Assembly: GCA_963823335.1 (NCBI GenBank)
Contig: CAWGLD010000001.1
Span: 960,001 to 1,024,000 of the forward strand
DNA: 64,000 bases
Source: an uncultured delta proteobacterium
Lineage (GTDB): Bacteria > Desulfobacterota > Desulfobacteria > Desulfobacterales > B30-G6
Direction: 5' to 3'
Both the position numbers and the translations under genes were made by a program. The notes under the pieces are model-generated. The model worked only from the letters and a program-made list of their open reading frames with translations. It had not been told where the DNA came from and made no database searches. Each line of letters starts with the position of its first letter. Positions within the stretch are counted from its first letter, which is position 1. Positions 44,777 through 55,255 of this stretch are shown here, in pieces.

Positions 44777-45859
44777 ATGCAAATCGATCTGGCCGTTAAA
44801 AATATTATAAAAACGTTTCAAGAATTTACAGCGGTAGACGATGTCTCCTTCGACGTGCCGCAGGGTAATTTTTTTTCGATTCTGGGGCCGTCCGGGTGTG
44901 GGAAAACCACCCTGCTGCGGATGATTGCCGGTTTTACGGAACCGAACCGGGGGGATATTGTTATCAGGGGCAAAAGTGTCCTCGACACACCACCCAACAA
45001 GCGACCGGTCAACCTGATATTTCAGCACCTGGCGCTATTTCCCATGATGAATGTTTCCCAAAACATTGCCTTTGGGCTGCAGCGCAGAAAGGAGAGCCGG
45101 GCCGAGATCGCCACCAAAGTTGAAGCCATACTGGAAAGGGTTGGCTTGCCGGGATTTGGTGAGAAGAAGATCGATCAACTGTCAGGCGGCCAGCAGCAGC
45201 GTGTCGCCATCGCGCGGAGCCTGGTGATGGACCCGACGGTGCTGTTGCTGGACGAACCTTTAGGGGCGCTGGACCTCAAGTTAAGAGACCAGATGAAGGT
45301 GGAGCTGAAAAAGCTTCAGTCCCAGGTCGGCACCACATTTGTTTATATCACCCACGATCAATCCGAAGCATTGGTGATGTCCGATCACGTTGCCGTGATG
45401 AATGCAGGTCGATTCGAACAGATCGACACTCCTCAGAACCTGTACAATAACCCCAAAACACCGTTTGTTGCCAGATTTGTCGGTGAAAACAACGCCTGGT
45501 CCGGTCGGGTTGTCAAGGCTGATGATGATCTGGTGTATATAGAGACCGATGAGGGACAGAAATTTCGCGTAAGACCAAAACATACGATATTGCAGGGAAC
45601 GCAGATCGATTTGTTTCTGCGGCCGGAAGCCATGTTAATCCAGCCGGACCCGAGTTTATCCACGCTCAACCGGTTTGAGGTGGTGGTCAAGGCCATTCTT
45701 TTCGATGGGGCCAACAGCCGCCTGCTGGTGAATCCACTGCAATCGAGCCGGGAAATACTTATCGCCCTGCCCCAGAACCGGCAGTACGATCACATCCGGG
45801 TTGCCGACAGGATCGAAGTCGGCTGGGATCTTAATTCCGGTATCTGTTTCCAAAAATAA
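44777..45859 (+). CDS. PotA-like ABC ATP-binding protein
   Basis: [30 protein letters not shown]. Confidence 0.92.
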   Translation: MQIDLAVKNIIKTFQEFTAVDDVSFDVPQGNFFSILGPSGCGKTTLLRMIAGFTEPNRGDIVIRGKSVLDTPPNKRPVNLIFQHLALFPMMNVSQNIAFGLQRRKESRAEIATKVEAILERVGLPGFGEKKIDQLSGGQQQRVAIARSLVMDPTVLLLDEPLGALDLKLRDQMKVELKKLQSQVGTTFVYITHDQSEALVMSDHVAVMNAGRFEQIDTPQNLYNNPKTPFVARFVGENNAWSGRVVKADDDLVYIETDEGQKFRVRPKHTILQGTQIDLFLRPEAMLIQPDPSLSTLNRFEVVVKAILFDGANSRLLVNPLQSSREILIALPQNRQYDHIRVADRIEVGWDLNSGICFQK

Positions 45860-45982
45860 AATCGCTTGGACGATTTTATCTGGCGCGGCTTTGCCGCTAT
45901 TTCCGTCGTAGGTTAATAGCGCTGAGTTATAAATTTGCAAACTGTCAAAGACAGAACATTAAACTGGCCGGATTACAGATTT

Positions 45983-46840
45983 ATGAAAAAGAGCATTCGA
46001 TGGGGATTGGTTATCTTTATTTCGCCGGTACTGCTCTGGCTGTTTCTGCTCATTGTTCTGCCACAGATTGATCTCTTGATCATGTCATTCCGGATCGAAG
46101 ATAAATTTGGAAATCCCACCTGGAGTATCTCCAATTATCTCGCTTTTTTTCAAGAACCGGTTTACTGGCTGACCTTTACTCGCACGGCAGCCTATTCCAT
46201 CCTGGTTACCCTGTTGACGATCATTGTGGCGCTGCCCGTGGCATTTTTTATCACCAAGGTGGTGGACTACCGCTACAAAGGCTTTTTGACCATGCTCCTG
46301 CTGCTTCCCTTCTGGGTCAGTGAACTGGTGCGGGTGTATGGGTGGATGATTCTTCTGAGAGAAAGCGGCGTCATCAACCACTTCCTGTTGAAAACCGGTC
46401 TGCTGAAACAACCCATCGAGATGCTGTATAACGATGTAACCATGGTGATGGGACTGGTTTACACCTGCATGCTTTTCATGGTGATTCCGATTATTTCGGT
46501 GCTCGACAGTCTGGACGACAGTCTTATCGAGGCAGCCTACGATCTCGGGGCCAACATGTGGACGATTCTGGTAAAAATCATCATTCCCCATTCCATGCCG
46601 GGCATCGTTTCCGGAGCCATTGTCGTGTTTATGCTGACCCTGGGCAATTATCTGACGCCCAACCTGATGGGGGGCAAGAACTCCCTGTGGTTCACAGAGC
46701 AGATATACAATCAGTTCATTGCCAGTTTTAACTGGAACCAGGGATCCGCATTTGGGTTTCTGCTGTTGGTGCTTTCTTCCCTGGTGATCTGGACCGGTTT
46801 GAAACTGACCAAACAGAAGCTGAGCAAGGTGGTGAAATGA
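45983..46840 (+). CDS. PotB-like ABC permease
   Basis: LPFWVSELVRVYGW, LIEAAYDLGA. Confidence 0.9.
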   Translation: MKKSIRWGLVIFISPVLLWLFLLIVLPQIDLLIMSFRIEDKFGNPTWSISNYLAFFQEPVYWLTFTRTAAYSILVTLLTIIVALPVAFFITKVVDYRYKGFLTMLLLLPFWVSELVRVYGWMILLRESGVINHFLLKTGLLKQPIEMLYNDVTMVMGLVYTCMLFMVIPIISVLDSLDDSLIEAAYDLGANMWTILVKIIIPHSMPGIVSGAIVVFMLTLGNYLTPNLMGGKNSLWFTEQIYNQFIASFNWNQGSAFGFLLLVLSSLVIWTGLKLTKQKLSKVVK

Positions 46841-47691
46841 TTCGCTCGCTGCCCAATACCCGATCCTACCTTCTCGGATTCAAACTGTATATCTTTTTAT
46901 ACTTTGTTTTTCTGTTTGCACCTTTGCTGGTGACATGCATCCTGGCATTCAACGACTCACAGTTCCCCTCTTTGCCCTGGAAGGGTTTTACCATCGAGTG
47001 GTTTACCGGCAATCTCACCGAACGGGTGGGTATTTTCCACGATGCAATCAACCTTTACAGTATGTGGGTCAGTGCCAAGACCGCTTTTTTCGTGACGATT
47101 TTATCGGTGAGCGTTGGCACCTGTGCGGCTTTTCTGTTTGAACAGGAAGATTTTCGCTTCAAACAAGGACTGTACTTCCTGATGCTTTCCCCCCTGGTCA
47201 TACCTGGGGTCATTCTGGGCATATCGCTCCTGCTGTTCAGCAATACCCTGGGAATGTTTTTTGAGGATCACTGGGCACTGGATGTGGGTCTGTTCCGGCC
47301 GGGTTTCTGGCTGGTGGTTCTGGGTCAGTTTTCATTCATTGCCACCCTGGTGACCCTGGTGGTGTCCGCCCGCTTGAAAAAATTTGATCGTACCCTGGAG
47401 GAAGCGGCCATGAATCTGGGGGCCAACCGCTTCGAAGTAATCTGGCATATCACGCTGAAGTTTTTGCGTCCCGCCATCATCGGTGCTGGTGCCGTGGCCT
47501 TTCTCATGTCCTTCGAAAACTTCAACACCACCCTCTTCCTGGTGGGTTCGGACGCCACCCTGCCCATCAACCTCTATCTTCAGGTAAGAGACGGCAGCAC
47601 GCCGGTAATCAATGCCATCTCGTTTCTCCTGATCGTCGGAACTTCCACGGCTGCGGTTGCCAATCTCTATTTCAGCAAAAAAGAACCTTAA
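46837..47691 (+). CDS. PotC-like ABC permease
   Basis: WKGFTIEWF, LEEAAMNLGA, TPVINA. Confidence 0.9.
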   Translation: MIRSLPNTRSYLLGFKLYIFLYFVFLFAPLLVTCILAFNDSQFPSLPWKGFTIEWFTGNLTERVGIFHDAINLYSMWVSAKTAFFVTILSVSVGTCAAFLFEQEDFRFKQGLYFLMLSPLVIPGVILGISLLLFSNTLGMFFEDHWALDVGLFRPGFWLVVLGQFSFIATLVTLVVSARLKKFDRTLEEAAMNLGANRFEVIWHITLKFLRPAIIGAGAVAFLMSFENFNTTLFLVGSDATLPINLYLQVRDGSTPVINAISFLLIVGTSTAAVANLYFSKKEP

Positions 47692-47791
47692 AGTCTAAAA
47701 AGCGATTTTGCCGTTCTTTTGTTGGTATGTTTCCCACATGTGTGGGGATGAAACAATCGTTTCACTCTTCAGGGTTACGCAACTTTTCGAG

Positions 47792-49078
47792 TTAGGATGC
47801 GTTGTAATCGAGAAAGGCGTTAACCGCTGCGTAGGCTGTTGCAATGGCCAGACCGGATCCGCACTTCTGACGCATCCAGTCCTGATGGGCCAGGATCGAG
47901 CCGGCGGCGAACAGGTTTTCGTGGGCGGGTTTCCCCGAGCGGTCCAGGGGCCGAAACCGGTCATCGGTTACAATACCGGCTCGATTGACGGGATGACCGG
48001 CAGGGTCCAGGAATTCATAACAATGCCATTCATTCCTTTTGTAAGGCTGATGTACCGGCAGGTCAAAAATGGACTCGCGGATTTGCCTGCGGTCTGCAGA
48101 TAGCCCCTTTCCCAGAAAACGGCCGCTGGCCAGCACGATTCCCCTGGTTTTGATGAGAATTTCCGGCGAGGTATCCCCAATTTGTACGACAAACTCCTTT
48201 CCATGCACCTGGACACCCATGACACGTTTCTGAAAAAACCGCCGAACACCCTTGGCCGGGAGGTTCGATTCAAAAATCTCCTTGATGCGGAGTCCGGGTA
48301 TGGATGGGGGCATGGTGGGGATCTCGAACATGGGAACACCCACCTGTTTTTCAATGTCTGTCAGGATCTTGTGGGAATCCTGTATACCAAAAACAGCAGG
48401 CAATCCCAGGAAGCGGGCCTTCTTTAAATGCGGTCGAAGTTCATCTGCAAGGGCTTTGCGGGTCTGGGGAATTACCAGCGACCTGGCCAGGGGCTCAAGA
48501 TACACTTCGCCCTGGCTTGCCGAGCCGGGAAAGGAAATGGTCACATGATCCAGACCGGGCCAGAGCGATGTAAACGATGCGACGATTTGACGGGCACTGA
48601 ACCCCTTGAGACCTTCAATATCGACAATGAGACAGGGCTCTTTTGTTTCGAGTGCCTTAACGCCGTTCCACATGGTTTTGGGAATGAAATAAGAGGGTTT
48701 GACGGTGCCGACAGGTGTCAAAACAAGCGCATTTTGTCTGTCATGCCGGACATAAACCAGCCCGGATGCATTTAGGAACGCGATCAATTCTTCAAAGGCA
48801 TCTTGAATGATTGACGGAGGAATCCTGGCATAGGGATGATCCGGGATATCCCGACACAGGTCTTCAATGCCCTCCCAGGGATCTTTCCTTCTGGTTCTAT
48901 GCTTCACCGGGTGGACACCCATAAGGTCCAGTAAGCCGCTGGCAAAGATGATTTCACTGGCGACACCCACCTGTACCGTATCGATACCTCTGCTGCCCGC
49001 AAAAAGAGACGCCGCCATACCTGCCATACCGGCACCGATAATCACCAGGTCGCAGTCCATGTCAAAAGTATCCATCAT
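47792..49078 (-). CDS. glpB: anaerobic glycerol-3-phosphate dehydrogenase subunit B
   Basis: IIGAGMAG, EIPTMPPSIPGLR, LASGRFLGKGL, KCGSGLAIAT. Confidence 0.9.
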   Translation of the reverse strand: MMDTFDMDCDLVIIGAGMAGMAASLFAGSRGIDTVQVGVASEIIFASGLLDLMGVHPVKHRTRRKDPWEGIEDLCRDIPDHPYARIPPSIIQDAFEELIAFLNASGLVYVRHDRQNALVLTPVGTVKPSYFIPKTMWNGVKALETKEPCLIVDIEGLKGFSARQIVASFTSLWPGLDHVTISFPGSASQGEVYLEPLARSLVIPQTRKALADELRPHLKKARFLGLPAVFGIQDSHKILTDIEKQVGVPMFEIPTMPPSIPGLRIKEIFESNLPAKGVRRFFQKRVMGVQVHGKEFVVQIGDTSPEILIKTRGIVLASGRFLGKGLSADRRQIRESIFDLPVHQPYKRNEWHCYEFLDPAGHPVNRAGIVTDDRFRPLDRSGKPAHENLFAAGSILAHQDWMRQKCGSGLAIATAYAAVNAFLDYNAS

Positions 49079-50627
49079 TGAGTTCCACACCAAATAGCCC
49101 GCAGTACAGGGCTTCCTTGAGTTCGGCCTGAATAAGAGAGGTGTCCCAGAGAAGCGGTCTTTCCCCCCGCCATCTTTCAGAAACAAAAGCACGGATGTTC
49201 TCCAAACCATCCCTGCCGGTCATCTCTTCAATGTCGTAAAGATACGCTGCGATTCTCTGGGCGCAAAAGGTGCCCTGGCAGGTACCCTTGCCTATCCGGC
49301 TGCGTAAACCCAGGGCGACCAGGTCGGGTTTCCCGTTTTGTTCATGGATGGATTGTGCCAGGCTGTTGACCACGCTTTTGGGAACCATTTCGCACTCACA
49401 CAGCAAAAGATCTTGAGGGTCATTGTGTTTTATCCACAGCTTTGGTGCAATGCCCGGCTTGGTCCAGCTGGTTGCGGGTACGGCAGGGAGAGGCTCTGTT
49501 CGTGTCACACAGGGCCTGGCGACACCGAGTTTTGTACAGACAAGGTCCGCGGTTTTTTCCGCCATAAGACGATAGGTGGTCAATTTACCACCCGTGATGG
49601 TGGCAAAGTTTTTCAGCCCGTCCACTTCGTGATCTATCAGGGTGAAACTGCGGCTGATACGTCGGCCCCCCTCTTCCGCAGATGTGCCAACAAGTGGGCG
49701 GACACCGGCATAGGCGCGGATATAGCGCGTCATCTCCAGCTCCGGAATCATGGCGGAGCCCTCACCTACGATGGCATCAATTTCCTTCACCGTCGGGAAA
49801 ATAGTATCCAGGTTTTCAATCCGGATGGAGGTTGTGCCCAGAATGGAAACAGTTCCGCCGGGCACCAGGATGTCGGCATTGGAAGATGGGCGCAGGCGGT
49901 TGATGACACGTTCGGTTAAGCGATTATGGGTAACCAGGAGACTTCCCTTTGAATACAGCAGATCGATTTGGCATCCTGCAAGGGCAGCGATTTCCTTGGC
50001 CCAGGCACCACTGGCGTTTACAACCTGATCTGCCTCGACCATGAAGTGCTCATGGGTCAGGAGGTTTATCAGTTTTGTTGCCGTAATTTGTTTCTTTGTA
50101 ATTTGAAAACCCACCACCTGGGAGTGACGTAGGAGATCACATCCGAGGGTTCTGGCCTGGTGGATATTTTCCATGGAGAGCTTGAAGGGGCCGATGGAGG
50201 CGTCTTGAACCTGGAAGGCCGCGATGGTCTTGCTGGAAAGTGCCGGCTCCATCTCACGGGCTTCCTTGATGTCGAGCTCTTTTACCGGGATCCGGCTTTT
50301 GGCGCATAACCGGGGAAACTCGGAAATATATGTTTCGTCATCACCCGCCACGGCAACAAAGAGCCCGCCGGTATCTTCGATGCAATCGGGCGCCATTTTT
50401 TTTAAGATGCGCCCCTCATCCCGGCATTCTTCAGCCGAGTGCGCATCGCTGGATACGTATCTTGCACCACTGTGAAGAAGGCCATGGTTGGCCCCGGAAG
50501 CACCGGCGTTGATGTCGTGTTTTTCTACGATGACACAGTTTACCCCCCGAAGCGCAAGGTCTCGGGCGATACCGGCACCGGTGATGCCACCTCCAACAAT
50601 GAGGACCTGGGTTTTCACGATCTGCAT
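49062..50627 (-). CDS. glpA: anaerobic glycerol-3-phosphate dehydrogenase subunit A
   Basis: GGGITG, NHGLLHSGARY, TGGKLTTYR, CECE...CQGTFC 2Fe-2S tail. Confidence 0.93.
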   Translation of the reverse strand: MQIVKTQVLIVGGGITGAGIARDLALRGVNCVIVEKHDINAGASGANHGLLHSGARYVSSDAHSAEECRDEGRILKKMAPDCIEDTGGLFVAVAGDDETYISEFPRLCAKSRIPVKELDIKEAREMEPALSSKTIAAFQVQDASIGPFKLSMENIHQARTLGCDLLRHSQVVGFQITKKQITATKLINLLTHEHFMVEADQVVNASGAWAKEIAALAGCQIDLLYSKGSLLVTHNRLTERVINRLRPSSNADILVPGGTVSILGTTSIRIENLDTIFPTVKEIDAIVGEGSAMIPELEMTRYIRAYAGVRPLVGTSAEEGGRRISRSFTLIDHEVDGLKNFATITGGKLTTYRLMAEKTADLVCTKLGVARPCVTRTEPLPAVPATSWTKPGIAPKLWIKHNDPQDLLLCECEMVPKSVVNSLAQSIHEQNGKPDLVALGLRSRIGKGTCQGTFCAQRIAAYLYDIEEMTGRDGLENIRAFVSERWRGERPLLWDTSLIQAELKEALYCGLFGVELNDGYF

Positions 50628-50710
50628 TCTTGATGCTCCCGCAATGCTGTTTGGCAATGTCGACAAGTCATTATCTCATAAAAGCAGGGTATAAGGCAAG
50701 GACTTGGGAG

Positions 50711-50744
50711 ATTCCCTGCAGCTTGCGGCAGGGAATTCTTCAAT
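50711..50744. repeat. REP-like palindrome
   Basis: ATTCCCTGC-AGCTTGCG-GCAGGGAAT followed by TCTTCAAT. Confidence 0.5.
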
Positions 50745-50810
50745 TGACAACCAGCACAGACTTGTTTAGAAGAACGTGAATACGACAAACACTGCTCGAA
50801 AGGAATCAGA

Positions 50811-51605
50811 ATGAACGAAAAAGAAGGAATGGCCAGTATTGATCCGGTTCAACTAGGTCAAGACAGCCGGTTTAAATTCAAGTGCCACAAAGATGTGACA
50901 TGTTTTACCAAATGCTGCAGAGAAATCAAAATTACCCTGACACCCTATGATATTCTGCGGCTTAAAAAAAGATTGAACCTGTCCTCCGAAGAGTTTTTGG
51001 CCGTTTACACGGACCTGCACCTACTGGAGAAAACAGACCTGCCGGTGGTCACCCTGAAACTCATGGAAGACCAGGGGGACGCCTGTCCTTTTGTAAGAGA
51101 GGACGGGTGCATTGTCTATCAAGACCGGCCCACCACATGCCGTTATTATCCTCTGGGGGTTGCTTCACTTAGCCACAAGGAAGGCGCGGACGATGAAGGG
51201 TTTTATTTTTTTGTCAACGAGCCGCACTGCCTGGGGTTTGAAGAAGATAGGACCTGGTCGGTCAAGGAATGGCGCCAGGACCAGGGCGTCGATATTCATG
51301 ATGAAATCAATAAAAACTGGACAGATCTGGTGGTTAGAAAACGATCCTTTCCCCCCAATATCAAGCTGACCGACCAGGCAAAAAAAATGTTCTTTATGAT
51401 CAGCTATAATATCGATAAATTCAGGCAGTTTGTATTTGAGAGCTCCTTTCTGGAACGTTTCGATGTGGACGAAAAAACGCTGCAGAAAATCAAGCAAGAC
51501 GATGTGGCTCTTCTCAACTACGGTATTGAGTGGTTAAAAGAGATTCTTTTCAAGCAGACATCACCGGAGGATCAAGCGGCGGTGGTTAAAAGCAAAAAGA
51601 GCTAA
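50811..51605 (+). CDS. YkgJ family cysteine-cluster protein
   Basis: CHKDVTCFTKCC, CPF, CIVYQDRPTTCRYYP, EPHCLG. Confidence 0.88.
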   Translation: MNEKEGMASIDPVQLGQDSRFKFKCHKDVTCFTKCCREIKITLTPYDILRLKKRLNLSSEEFLAVYTDLHLLEKTDLPVVTLKLMEDQGDACPFVREDGCIVYQDRPTTCRYYPLGVASLSHKEGADDEGFYFFVNEPHCLGFEEDRTWSVKEWRQDQGVDIHDEINKNWTDLVVRKRSFPPNIKLTDQAKKMFFMISYNIDKFRQFVFESSFLERFDVDEKTLQKIKQDDVALLNYGIEWLKEILFKQTSPEDQAAVVKSKKS

Positions 51606-51614
51606 AAGCAATCA

Positions 51615-51653
51615 AAAAACCCCTTCTTGCTTATATTGAAAGAAGGGGTTTTT
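51615..51653. terminator. bidirectional intrinsic terminator
   Basis: AAAAACCCCTTCTT...AAGAAGGGGTTTTT between convergent genes. Confidence 0.8.
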
Positions 51654-51684
51654 GTATTTCATCCCGGAGCCACAAGACTGTGTT

Positions 51685-52725
51685 TTATTCGGTCGTGTAA
51701 TATAAGCCCTCAAGAGATTGGGGGTTGCTTAGACGCTCGTCGATATCAATACTGAAAAAATCAGCCAGGGGTTGTAATATTTCCGGGTTTTTCTGTTGAA
51801 CCGCGTTGGCTACCGCGAGGACTTTCTGGATACCGTTCAGGGACATTTTTCCCAACGGCCGTCGGCAGCCACCCACCGGCATCCCCAAAACAGCCATGAG
51901 TGTTTTTATCCCAAGGGGGTTTCTGGCCCTGCAGGTAACATTACCATAGGGTGTTTTTTCTTCAGTGATAACGGTCACCAGCCCAAATAGCGGGTCAAGC
52001 GCCTTCTTCAGCTTTAAGGCCTCAGCATCGTTGCCGGTATTGAGATGGCGAACCATCTCGGCAATGGCACGTGGTGCGAGATTCGTTATGACGGAGATGA
52101 CGCCCGCAGCCTTGATGCGTGGGTCTGTCATCATTTGAAACGTCATGCCATCATCACCGGATAAGATCGTGTATTCCGCTCCGCAGCATTCCCGTGTGCG
52201 TTTCATATTGTCGAGATTGGCCGTAGCTTCTTTCACGGTATTGACATTTGGATAGTCGTTGAAAAGCAAACCCAGGTCTTCCGGAAAGAGCTGGGCACCG
52301 GTTCTGCCGGGGATGATATAGGGAATGATGGTCACTTGGGGGAATTTTTCAGCGATGGGCGCTATGTATTCTTTTCGTATTTCCAGGGAACTGGGCCCAT
52401 TGTAATACGGGTCCACCAGAAGCACTGCATCGGCGCCGGCATCGACAGCATGTTGCGTTGCAGCGATGGATTCCTTGGTATTGTTGCTTCCGGTTCCTGC
52501 GATACAGGCACATCGGCCATCTGTTTGGCGGGCAATGATTTCTGTTACCTTATTGTGCTCTTCCCATGTCAGGGTGGGGCTTTCCCCGGTGGTACCAGCG
52601 GCTAGAATGCCGCTGATGCCATTTTCCATCTGGAACGTTACGAGCTGATCCAGGGCCTGATAATCGACCGCCTCGGCCGTTGGTGTAAAAGGCGTTACGA
52701 TTGCTGTATAACATCCTGATTTCAT
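51685..52725 (-). CDS. dapA: 4-hydroxy-tetrahydrodipicolinate synthase
   Basis: TAIVTPF, GTTGES, PYYN, VKEA, LSGDD. Confidence 0.9.
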   Translation of the reverse strand: MKSGCYTAIVTPFTPTAEAVDYQALDQLVTFQMENGISGILAAGTTGESPTLTWEEHNKVTEIIARQTDGRCACIAGTGSNNTKESIAATQHAVDAGADAVLLVDPYYNGPSSLEIRKEYIAPIAEKFPQVTIIPYIIPGRTGAQLFPEDLGLLFNDYPNVNTVKEATANLDNMKRTRECCGAEYTILSGDDGMTFQMMTDPRIKAAGVISVITNLAPRAIAEMVRHLNTGNDAEALKLKKALDPLFGLVTVITEEKTPYGNVTCRARNPLGIKTLMAVLGMPVGGCRRPLGKMSLNGIQKVLAVANAVQQKNPEILQPLADFFSIDIDERLSNPQSLEGLYYTTE

Positions 52726-53116
52726 GATGCCTCCTTAAAGCCACCGTTTTTTATCTGCGAAGACATGCCGTCTTGCCGCAAACTGAAACGTGTTTTGATT
52801 GATATGAGCTTTAGGACTGTTTGAAGAATAGAAATATGTCCTGAACGAGATTAGACCCGGGATGCAGGTTTGTCTGCTTAATGGAAGGGTTTCTATTGTC
52901 AGTGTGCAGCAAGCCCTTCTGAACAGAAACCCAATATAAACTCCGATGAATCAAGACTATTTCTCCCGGTTTGCCGAGACTGAAGGAAATCAGTCAAGAG
53001 TGTTTCTTATGAATAAAGCGAACAAAAATGTCAAGAAAAAAGCGAGTTGCCAAACAGGGCAAGGTGCGTTATTTTATCGGGTAAATAAGATTTGACAATT
53101 ATGCAAAGGAAAAAAC

Positions 53117-53737
53117 ATGACAAATATCAAAAATGCAGATGAATACATTAGTATGCAGAAAGCCGCCATTGCTTCCAATCCCGATTGCGGCAATTCTCAT
53201 TACAATCTTGCAGTAGGGTATCTCGGACAAAAAAAGTATGAAGAAGCAGAAAAAGAGCTGCACGAGGCTATCAGCTGCAGCCCGAACTTGGCCGAAGCCT
53301 ATGTTCAGCTCGGGGGTATTCGCCTACAGCAGGGAGATTTGGAAGGATGTCTCGACTATAACAAACGGTCTGTTCAAGCCAGGGCTGGCTTTGCAGAGGG
53401 ATGGGGGAATATCGGGTTTGTACAGATGCAGCTCGGCAATATTGACGAAGCGATTCCAGCCCTTGAAAAAGCGGTTCGATGGAACGTCAAATTCCTCCAG
53501 GCCTACGCCACCCTGGCCAATGCCTATCTTGCCCAGGGAAATGTCGAGAAAAGTATCGAAACCAATCTCAAGATCATCAAAATGGAACCTAATTTCCCGG
53601 TGGCTTATAACAACCTGGCTATCGCCTATATGGAAAAAGGTGAATTTAAGCACGCCATCGAAAATGCAGACAAAGCTGTTGAGCTGGGGTATGAAGTTGC
53701 ACCACAGATCCTGGAGGAGTTAAGCACGCACCGTTAA
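53117..53737 (+). CDS. tetratricopeptide repeat protein
   Basis: About five TPRs (YNLA, AYVQLG, WGNIG, AYATLA, AYNNLA). Confidence 0.9.
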   Translation: MTNIKNADEYISMQKAAIASNPDCGNSHYNLAVGYLGQKKYEEAEKELHEAISCSPNLAEAYVQLGGIRLQQGDLEGCLDYNKRSVQARAGFAEGWGNIGFVQMQLGNIDEAIPALEKAVRWNVKFLQAYATLANAYLAQGNVEKSIETNLKIIKMEPNFPVAYNNLAIAYMEKGEFKHAIENADKAVELGYEVAPQILEELSTHR

Positions 53738-53778
53738 CCTTGTATCGTTCCCTGGCCGGCGTTAGGGCGGCAATCAAG

Positions 53779-54963
53779 ATGCCCGAACAGCGATATTTTT
53801 ATTTTTTGTCTGATGATCCAGAGCCGGTTTCTGACAACCGCCTCCTTTGGACTACAGCTCTACCGCTGAGCCGCCACCAGCAAACACATTCTGAAGCAGC
53901 CCCTGCCCACAAAAACCTCACTTATGGAGAGTTCTTTGAAGCCCTCTCTCTATTTGTTGATAGCCATCTATCTGATTTTATAATTAAATATTTCTTTCGT
54001 TCTGAAAATCGGGTCATAAATCCACATGAAATATCCCGTATCCACATACACCTCGAAAAACATGGCTTATTTTACCACCCGGCTAGAATCATCCTGTTTC
54101 TGCCAGATTGCCAAATCGCACTGGTGGCCAATGTCGCTGTATCGAGAGCCGGAAAAGACCTTATCAGAAATGAATATCGTCTATTAGAGCAGCTTGCCGA
54201 GCAAATTTCCCCTGCATGGGTGCCCAGGGTTTTTGGATGTGACAGGATCCAGATCGACAGGCAGCGGCATGTGCTGGTATTTGTGGGTGAGTGGTTTGAG
54301 GATTTTCACGAGTTTCATGTGTCAGATAAAACCGGTCCAGGCGAAACAAACATCCGGGTGTGGGACCCAAACAATGAAAATCTGTTTTTAACCCGGCTCC
54401 AGGCCCAACATGTTTTTGAGCAGACCGCCATGATTTTGACGGCTTATTACGATATTGGAACATTTGAGCGAATTAGCCGCTGGCACCATGCTGCCGGTGA
54501 CTTTGTTGTTTGCCTGCGACAAGACATCCCCAGAGTCAAGCTTATTACCGTAAGGGCGTATGAGCCACTTTTTAACTTGTCCGGGGAGTCCATTGAAATG
54601 GAGACAATACTCAACACCCTGTTGATCTTCTATTTGAATCTAACCCTTCTTCTACGTATCGACCGCATGGACGGTATTGGGGACATGGTATGGATTGAGG
54701 CGGATGTCGTTAAGGCCATAACCAGTGGTTTTTTCAAAGGACTTTCATCACAGGCTGAAAACACGGTCATACCCGCTGAATTGATTGATGTATTCAAGAC
54801 CTTTCTTTTGCGTATACCGGAGACGGATATTCGGGAAATTTTTATGGGCATCGTGGATAAAATTGATCCGAAAAGCCCGGACTTGACTGTAATAAAGCAA
54901 AACATCGATAGTCATGTTGAGACTGTTCTGTCAGAACTTGGCCAGATAAAGACTTTAATGTGA
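53779..54963 (+). CDS. hypothetical protein, possibly protein-kinase-like/APH fold
   Basis: ~394-aa ORF between TPR gene and dsrA; NEYRLL, VPRVFG, HHAAGDFVV, KLIT. Confidence 0.7.
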   Translation: MPEQRYFYFLSDDPEPVSDNRLLWTTALPLSRHQQTHSEAAPAHKNLTYGEFFEALSLFVDSHLSDFIIKYFFRSENRVINPHEISRIHIHLEKHGLFYHPARIILFLPDCQIALVANVAVSRAGKDLIRNEYRLLEQLAEQISPAWVPRVFGCDRIQIDRQRHVLVFVGEWFEDFHEFHVSDKTGPGETNIRVWDPNNENLFLTRLQAQHVFEQTAMILTAYYDIGTFERISRWHHAAGDFVVCLRQDIPRVKLITVRAYEPLFNLSGESIEMETILNTLLIFYLNLTLLLRIDRMDGIGDMVWIEADVVKAITSGFFKGLSSQAENTVIPAELIDVFKTFLLRIPETDIREIFMGIVDKIDPKSPDLTVIKQNIDSHVETVLSELGQIKTLM

Positions 54964-55083
54964 TCGGGCACCCCAAAAACACAACATGAGGAGTTCCAAT
55001 GGCCCGCGACCACATTATGCAATAATATTCCTGTTCTCTCTTACACCTGCCTTTCGTTATCGCCTGGAACACAGGGATTTTTA

Positions 55084-55112
55084 TTGACAAGGTGGCTTAT
55101 TAATTTTATATC
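55084..55112 (+). promoter_or_regulatory. putative sigma70 promoter of dsrABD
   Basis: TTGACA-17 nt-TATATC. Confidence 0.45.
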
Positions 55113-55255
55113 TGCTCTTTGATTGTAAATGATCAGAAAGTATAGATATTTAGCGGATATTCTAAAATGCCAGTTGAGAGGAGGTGACGGAAAAACGTTA
55201 TAGGGGTATATTGGTATAAGGTGAGGTAATTATTAACCAGAATGGAGGTAAAAAG

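Noticed and set aside
52850..52976. GGCAAACC and GGGTCTAA as a c-di-GMP-I riboswitch; 6S RNA also considered
   Set aside because: Spacing and the GACGCAAA core do not fit; no 6S hallmarks or usual gene context
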